A DNA stretch of 39,587 nucleotides from an uncultured Bdellovibrionales bacterium (GTDB taxonomy: Bacteria > Patescibacteriota > Minisyncoccia > Moranbacterales > UBA2206): the NCBI GenBank assembly GCA_964516165.1, contig CAZEYB010000001.1, positions 15,152 through 54,738 of the forward strand. The letters run 5' to 3'. The stretch's first letter is position 1; each line of letters starts with the position of its first letter. Positions 35,127-39,587 of the stretch are shown in pieces. Position numbers and translations under genes: made by a program. The notes under the pieces were generated by a model. That model saw nothing but the letters and a program-made list of their open reading frames with translations, searched no databases and was not told the origin of the DNA.

Positions 35127-35528
35127 ATGAAAAAAATCGAAAGAAAATACCTTATCGGCGGAGGTATAGCAGTTGTCGCACTCGTTTTAATCGCGGGTAT
35201 TATGATTAAGCAAAAGAGGACTGTCAAGCCAGCGCCCTTGGTTAAGATTACCGGCGAGATTGGATCAATTTCAAACGATAAATCGTCGATAACCGTAAAA
35301 ACGGAAATTATTACTTATACGGCCAATATGGCCGCGGTAAAAACTTTGAAGAACAGCGCGGGAGAAAAGATCTCCATAGATGATATTAAGACTGGAGATA
35401 AAATTGAACTGCGCACCAGAACTAATATCGAAGGCGGGAAAATCACGGAAATCAACGTGTATTCGCTCAAGGATCTTTCTATTTCAAGCTCCGATACTGG
35501 CGCGAAACTAGAGACAACCGCTTTATGA
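35127..35528 (+). CDS. Small N-terminally anchored extracytoplasmic protein (hypothetical, possibly DUF5666-like beta domain)
   Basis: 133 aa. TM helix GGGIAVVALVLIAGIMI followed by ITGEIGSISNDKSSITVKT...DDIKTGDKIELRT. There is a 4-nt overlap (ATGA) with the downstream GT-C gene. Confidence 0.45.
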   Translation: MKKIERKYLIGGGIAVVALVLIAGIMIKQKRTVKPAPLVKITGEIGSISNDKSSITVKTEIITYTANMAAVKTLKNSAGEKISIDDIKTGDKIELRTRTNIEGGKITEINVYSLKDLSISSSDTGAKLETTAL

Positions 35529-37405
35529 AAGAAAGGATAACAGTTATTTTAATTTTCCTAAGCATACTAACCTCCAGTTTATATTTCGGTTTACCTAGAT
35601 TAAAAAATTTTTCCGGTGTGGATGAGCCCTATTGGTCATATGATCGCGTGCCAAAATTTTGGCAAAGTATAAAGACGCAAAAATGGAAAAGCACTAACAT
35701 CTGCGACAAACCCGGAATACCTCTGGCGATAATTTCCGGCGCCGGACTGCCATTTATTTCTCAAGATATCAAAGAGTTAGGAAAGCTTCGCTATGAGCCT
35801 AAAACTGTTTCCGAACTTGATGCTATCCGTGATATCTATCACAAGCTTCGTTTTCCAGTTTTTATTTTTACCCTTCTTATGTTTCCAGTTTTCTATCTTC
35901 TTACCAGAAAACTGCTAGGGGAAACCACCGCCAACTTCTCGCTGATTTTTATCGGGCTATCCCCTGTCCTTCTCGGCATTTCACTGATTATCAATTCCGA
36001 CGCGATACTCTGGATCCTGACCGCCCTTTCAACATTAAGTTTATTTAATTTTTTTAAAGCCGGAGAAAAAAAATATCTGATTTTATCCGGTTTTTTGTTG
36101 GGTCTCTCAACAATTACGAAATATGTGGCTAACATGCTTTTTATCTACTTCTTTCTGCTTTTCTTTTTGGAATATATCTTTTATGCCCACCAAAAAATAG
36201 CGATTGGAAAATATCTGAAACAATCTTTTGCAAATTACTCCGCTTTATTCGCTATCGCCATAGTAACAGCTTTTCTTTTTTTTCCGGCTACCTGGGTAAA
36301 AATTTCCGTTCTCTTCAGCGTCACGCTTGGCAATCCGGTATTTTCTTCGACTTGGCCGATTTTCGCCGGAATAATCGGGTTGCTTTTATTAGATTGGATA
36401 TTATTTAAGAGCCGGCTATCCGGCCGGATGCTTAATTATTCGGCGAAATATAAGCTGGCGCTGATAAAATTAGCGGGCGCTATTTTTATGATTTTTGCCG
36501 CTTTGGTTTTTTCCCATACTTATTTGGGCGTAAATATTTACAATATCCATGAATTCATATCTTCGCCCAAAGGCATCGGTCAGGATTTCGATTCGTTGGA
36601 AACCGATGAAGATACTTTTTCATCCGCCAAAAAAATCGGCGATTTGGCTTTTATCATCAATCAATACATTGGTTCTATGACCGCTGATTTGTATAGCCTT
36701 ATGTTCAGTATTTCTCCGATTATTTTATTACTGATATTTATACCGGTCTTTTATCTTATCCGCCAAAAAGAAATCGGCCGCGATTTAATAACGGCCGTTT
36801 ACATAATTATTTTTATTTTTGTTTTTTATCTTGGTTCGTCCGTCAATAATGTCACCACGACTGTCCGCTATCAGATTATGACCTATCCTCTGGTTTTTAT
36901 TTTAGCGGCTATCGGGATAAATAAGATTCTGTCTTTGGAAAAAGTGAAAAAAATAATCCCGCTTTTCATAGCTTATCCCTTGACAATTTTAATTCTTCTG
37001 GCCAGTTTATCCGCGATCAAGCCGCATTTTCTCGCTTACGCTTCAGAAATTTTGCCTAAAGACAAGATTGTAAATTTGAAAGGCATGGGTGAGGGAAGCA
37101 TTGAGGCGGGAAATTATCTTAACAGTTTGCCCAATGCCCGCGATATGGTTATCTGGTCGGACAAAGGCGCTGTTTGCGAAGCTTTTGTCGGCAAATGCTA
37201 TATCAATTTTAAGAATAAAACTTTTGAAGAAAATCAGTTTGATTATCTGGTTGTTTCCACCGATCGGATGTCCCGCAGCTTAAAAATGTCTAACGGAAAA
37301 ATTCAAGATATCGATTTTAAAAAATTGTATTCTTCCGCCAAACCGGAGTTTGAAATAATTATTGGCGGGCGCGAAAATAATTTCGTAAGAGTAATTAAAA
37401 AATAA
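35525..37405 (+). CDS. GT-C glycosyltransferase, ArnT/PMT_2-like (distinct from the six-copy family)
   Basis: 626 aa, polytopic. The first loop carries GVDEPYWSY (the canonical D-E of the ArnT/PMT family), followed by DKPGIPLA and INSDAILW. It ends in a ~130-aa C-terminal soluble domain. Confidence 0.65.
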   Translation: MKERITVILIFLSILTSSLYFGLPRLKNFSGVDEPYWSYDRVPKFWQSIKTQKWKSTNICDKPGIPLAIISGAGLPFISQDIKELGKLRYEPKTVSELDAIRDIYHKLRFPVFIFTLLMFPVFYLLTRKLLGETTANFSLIFIGLSPVLLGISLIINSDAILWILTALSTLSLFNFFKAGEKKYLILSGFLLGLSTITKYVANMLFIYFFLLFFLEYIFYAHQKIAIGKYLKQSFANYSALFAIAIVTAFLFFPATWVKISVLFSVTLGNPVFSSTWPIFAGIIGLLLLDWILFKSRLSGRMLNYSAKYKLALIKLAGAIFMIFAALVFSHTYLGVNIYNIHEFISSPKGIGQDFDSLETDEDTFSSAKKIGDLAFIINQYIGSMTADLYSLMFSISPIILLLIFIPVFYLIRQKEIGRDLITAVYIIIFIFVFYLGSSVNNVTTTVRYQIMTYPLVFILAAIGINKILSLEKVKKIIPLFIAYPLTILILLASLSAIKPHFLAYASEILPKDKIVNLKGMGEGSIEAGNYLNSLPNARDMVIWSDKGAVCEAFVGKCYINFKNKTFEENQFDYLVVSTDRMSRSLKMSNGKIQDIDFKKLYSSAKPEFEIIIGGRENNFVRVIKK

Positions 37406-37420
37406 TCCTCAATAAAGAGA

Positions 37421-37852
37421 TTGGATATTCAAATCAATAAAGAAACAATAAAATCTTTTATCCGAAAAAAGCCTGAGAAGACTTTGCATCAATTTATCCG
37501 CTATTTGTTCGCCGGCGGAACCGCCACTGTGGTTGATATTTCGGTTCTTTTTGTTTTATATCAATTTCTGCACATTAACTACCTAATCGCGGCGGCCATC
37601 GCGTATTGCTGCGGGATACTTACTAATTTCACCATCAATGTCATTTTTGTTTTTGAATCCACTGGACGGATAAAGAAAGAATTTATTATCTTTGCTTCCG
37701 TCGGCGCTGTCGGACTTCTTTGGACGGAATTTATTCTTTGGTTATTATCCGATAAATTAGATATTCCCGTGATGCTGGCAAAAATAGTCACGGTTATTTT
37801 TGTCCTGTTCTGGAATTTCTTTATGCGGAAAAAATTGGTTTTTAAAAAATGA
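37421..37852 (+). CDS. GtrA-family small membrane protein (putative polyprenyl-P-sugar translocation factor)
   Basis: 143 aa with four TM helices, FIRYLFAGGTATVVDISVLF and C-terminal WNFFMRKKLVFKK typical of GtrA-like proteins. TTG start as given in the ORF track. Confidence 0.7.
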   Translation: MDIQINKETIKSFIRKKPEKTLHQFIRYLFAGGTATVVDISVLFVLYQFLHINYLIAAAIAYCCGILTNFTINVIFVFESTGRIKKEFIIFASVGAVGLLWTEFILWLLSDKLDIPVMLAKIVTVIFVLFWNFFMRKKLVFKK

Positions 37853-37878
37853 TATTGATTTTCCACGCAGACAACTCT

Positions 37879-38847
37879 TCATAGATTTATGACTTCTTTT
37901 ATGGAATAATTCATCCTTTTCTGGTTTTTGTAATAATTTTTAATCAGAATATCCGCTAAAAGACCGGAAATGAAAAGTTGAATGCCAATCATAATAAAAA
38001 ATACTCCCATCAACGGCCAGATTTTTTGAGAGAGAGGCATGGCAAAAAATATTTTTCCAATCATCATCCAGATTAAAATTAATGAACCAATAATAGAAAA
38101 AACGATTCCCGTTCCGCCGAAAAGATGCAAAGGACGATTGGCGTATTTGCGCCAAAACCAAATGGAAATCATATCCACAAAACCTTTCATCGCCCGTTTC
38201 CAATTATATTTGGTCACGCCGTGGATTCTAGGATGATGAGATACTTTAATTTCGCTTGCTTTATAACCTTCAAGCTCAAGGATTGCCGGAATAAAGCGGT
38301 GCATTTCGCCGAATAAATCAACATCGTCAAAACATTCTTTCTTATAGGCTTTGAGCGAGCAACCGGAATCATGAATATGATCATGGATTAATATCTTCCG
38401 GAGCAAATTGGCTCCGCGGGAAAAAAACCGCTTCATAAAGCTGTCTTTTCTTTGCCAGCGCCAGCCGGAAACCACATCAAAACCCCTGTTCATTTCCTCT
38501 AAAAGCAATTTTATATCGGCTGGGTCATTTTGCAGATCGCCATCTATCGTAACAATTATGTCTCCCTTGGCGGCTTTAATTCCAGCGTCAAAAGCGGCTG
38601 TCTGCCCGAAATTGCGTCGGAATTTAATCAGTTTAAGCGGAGTCAATTCGAAACAATTTTCCGCGGTTTTATCTTTCGATCCGTCATCGATAAAAATAAT
38701 TTCATAACCCAAAATCCCCCTCTCCCTCTGGGAGAGGGTTGGGGTGAGGGCTTCGCAGGCATTCTTTATTTTTCTGTGAAGTTCTTTGACATTCCCCTCT
38801 TCGTTATAAAGAGGAACGACGATTGATAAGTATGGTCTTTCGTTCAT
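37879..38847 (-). CDS. GT2 polyprenyl-phosphate glycosyltransferase (GtrB/ArnC/DPM1-like) carrying an in-frame GC-rich insertion
   Basis: 322 aa. LSIVVPLYNEEGNV, YEIIFIDDGSKDKT, TIDGDLQNDP and two C-terminal TM helices. The extra segment ALTPTLSQRERG lies just before YEIIF. Confidence 0.8.
   Translation of the reverse strand: MNERPYLSIVVPLYNEEGNVKELHRKIKNACEALTPTLSQRERGILGYEIIFIDDGSKDKTAENCFELTPLKLIKFRRNFGQTAAFDAGIKAAKGDIIVTIDGDLQNDPADIKLLLEEMNRGFDVVSGWRWQRKDSFMKRFFSRGANLLRKILIHDHIHDSGCSLKAYKKECFDDVDLFGEMHRFIPAILELEGYKASEIKVSHHPRIHGVTKYNWKRAMKGFVDMISIWFWRKYANRPLHLFGGTGIVFSIIGSLILIWMMIGKIFFAMPLSQKIWPLMGVFFIMIGIQLFISGLLADILIKNYYKNQKRMNYSIKEVINL
38716..38751. repeat. 36-nt GC-rich palindromic insertion element inside the GT2 CDS
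   Basis: The plus strand reads cccCCTCTCCCtctGGGAGAGGgttggggtgagggc. A 9-bp stem (38718-38726 pairs with 38730-38738) has a 3-nt loop. The element is exactly 12 codons (A33-G44) and stands out sharply in GC content against AT-rich flanks. Confidence 0.6.
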
Positions 38848-38922
38848 ATTCTTAATTCTAATGAAATTCCGTCAAATTGGCAAATCAAGAAAAAATTGAA
38901 ATAAGCCCGGAAAGATGCTAGG

Positions 38923-39587
38923 ATGGAATCGTTTCAGATTACCAGTTTCTCTTTTTTTATGGACGAAAATAACAAAATCTTTATAGTCATCCCGGCTTAC
39001 AATGAAGGATGCGTAATCCAAGGAGTCGTAAATGAAATCAAAAAAAACGGTTATCCGAATATAATCGTTGTTGACGATGGAAGTCCGGACGATACTTTCG
39101 ATAAGGCTGGCAGCGCTGGAGCGATAGTTTTCCGGCATAAAATTAATCGCGGCAAAGGCGCCGCCACTAAAACCGGCATTGAAGCGGCCAAATTGCTCGG
39201 GGCCGGCATTATTGTTACAATGGATGGAGACGGCCAGCATGATCCGGGAGACATTTGTAAATTAATTGAGCCGATAAAAAAGGGCCTTGACGCGGTTCTA
39301 GGCACTCGACTGAAAAATCCTCGCGGAATGCCTTGGTATAAAATTATCCAAAATAAAATCGGTAATATCCTAACTTGGTATCTTTTCGGACTTTATGTGA
39401 CCGACAGCCAATCCGGCTTTCGCGCTTATTCCCGCCGCGCGGCAGAAATTATCAACACTCGCGCCGATCGTTATGAATACGACAGCGAAGTAATCCGGGA
39501 AATTTATGTTTATAAATTAAAATACAAAGAAATCCCAATAAGAGTCAGGTACACTGAATATTCTATGGGAAAAACTCAAAAACAAGG
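38923..39587 (+). CDS. GT2 polyprenyl-phosphate glycosyltransferase-like (partial, runs off the window end)
   Basis: This is an open frame not in the ORF track because it has no stop: MESFQITSFSFFMDENNKIFIVIPAYNEGCVI...VVDDGSPDDT...TMDGDGQHDP...DSQSGFRAY...EYDSEV. An alternative start is Met13 at 38959. The antisense ORFs 38872..39240 and 39051..39305 are discounted. Confidence 0.75.
   Translation, partial: MESFQITSFSFFMDENNKIFIVIPAYNEGCVIQGVVNEIKKNGYPNIIVVDDGSPDDTFDKAGSAGAIVFRHKINRGKGAATKTGIEAAKLLGAGIIVTMDGDGQHDPGDICKLIEPIKKGLDAVLGTRLKNPRGMPWYKIIQNKIGNILTWYLFGLYVTDSQSGFRAYSRRAAEIINTRADRYEYDSEVIREIYVYKLKYKEIPIRVRYTEYSMGKTQKQ

Noticed and set aside
38872-39305. Minus-strand ORFs 38872..39240 (122 aa) and 39051..39305 (84 aa)
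   Set aside because: They are antisense to an open plus-strand frame with unmistakable GT2 motifs (IPAYNE, DDGSPDDT, DGDGQHDP). Their own translations have no recognisable features.
1-39587. Alternative genetic code (UGA recoded, as in some candidate phyla)
   Set aside because: TGA cleanly terminates several well-delimited genes (for example at 521, 13144, 17507, 18616 and 35528). Conserved proteins such as PyrG, L27 and L9 need no in-frame TGA read-through.
1-39587. tRNA, rRNA, CRISPR arrays, transposases/integrases, prophage genes or diversity-generating retroelement components
   Set aside because: Intergenic spaces are all 139 nt or shorter and contain no cloverleaf-like or direct-repeat/spacer structure. 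No ORF shows transposase, integrase, reverse transcriptase or phage structural motifs.

Overview
AT-rich, very gene-dense window with about 35 CDS on both strands and many 1-26 nt start/stop overlaps. I found no rRNA, tRNA, CRISPR array, transposase or integrase. Standard code 11 fits, since TGA terminates well-defined genes. Composition, compaction and protein divergence suggest a reduced-genome, CPR/Patescibacteria-like bacterium; this is inference only. The first ~5.4 kb is housekeeping: a DUF2062-like membrane protein, archaeal-type UMP kinase, L27, CTP synthase, L9 and an S41 C-terminal processing protease. The remaining ~34 kb is one large cell-envelope glycosylation locus. It encodes four GT4 and four GT2 glycosyltransferases; three of the GT2s look like polyprenyl-phosphate-sugar synthases. 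It also encodes a nucleotide-sugar dehydrogenase, an LCP ligase, an O-antigen-ligase/Wzy-like protein, a Wzx/MOP flippase, a GtrA-like protein and nine large GT-C-type polytopic membrane proteins. The most striking feature is a co-directional minus-strand array (22264-35000) of six full-length paralogous ArnT/PMT_2-like GT-C genes. They share a variant loop-1 motif (DQARD) and a common C-terminal domain, and the array is interrupted only by a Zincin_1 metallopeptidase and a YfhO-like GT-C. Other notable items: (1) a divergent RtcB RNA-ligase homologue plus an atypical Tmk-like P-loop kinase, translationally coupled inside the plus-strand glycan operon; (2) a 36-nt GC-rich palindromic in-frame insertion inside a GtrB-like GT2 gene; (3) a perfect 28-nt palindrome between two divergent promoters; (4) a Cys-rich insertion in the LCP protein. 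All functional calls rest on motif recognition by eye, with no database search run.
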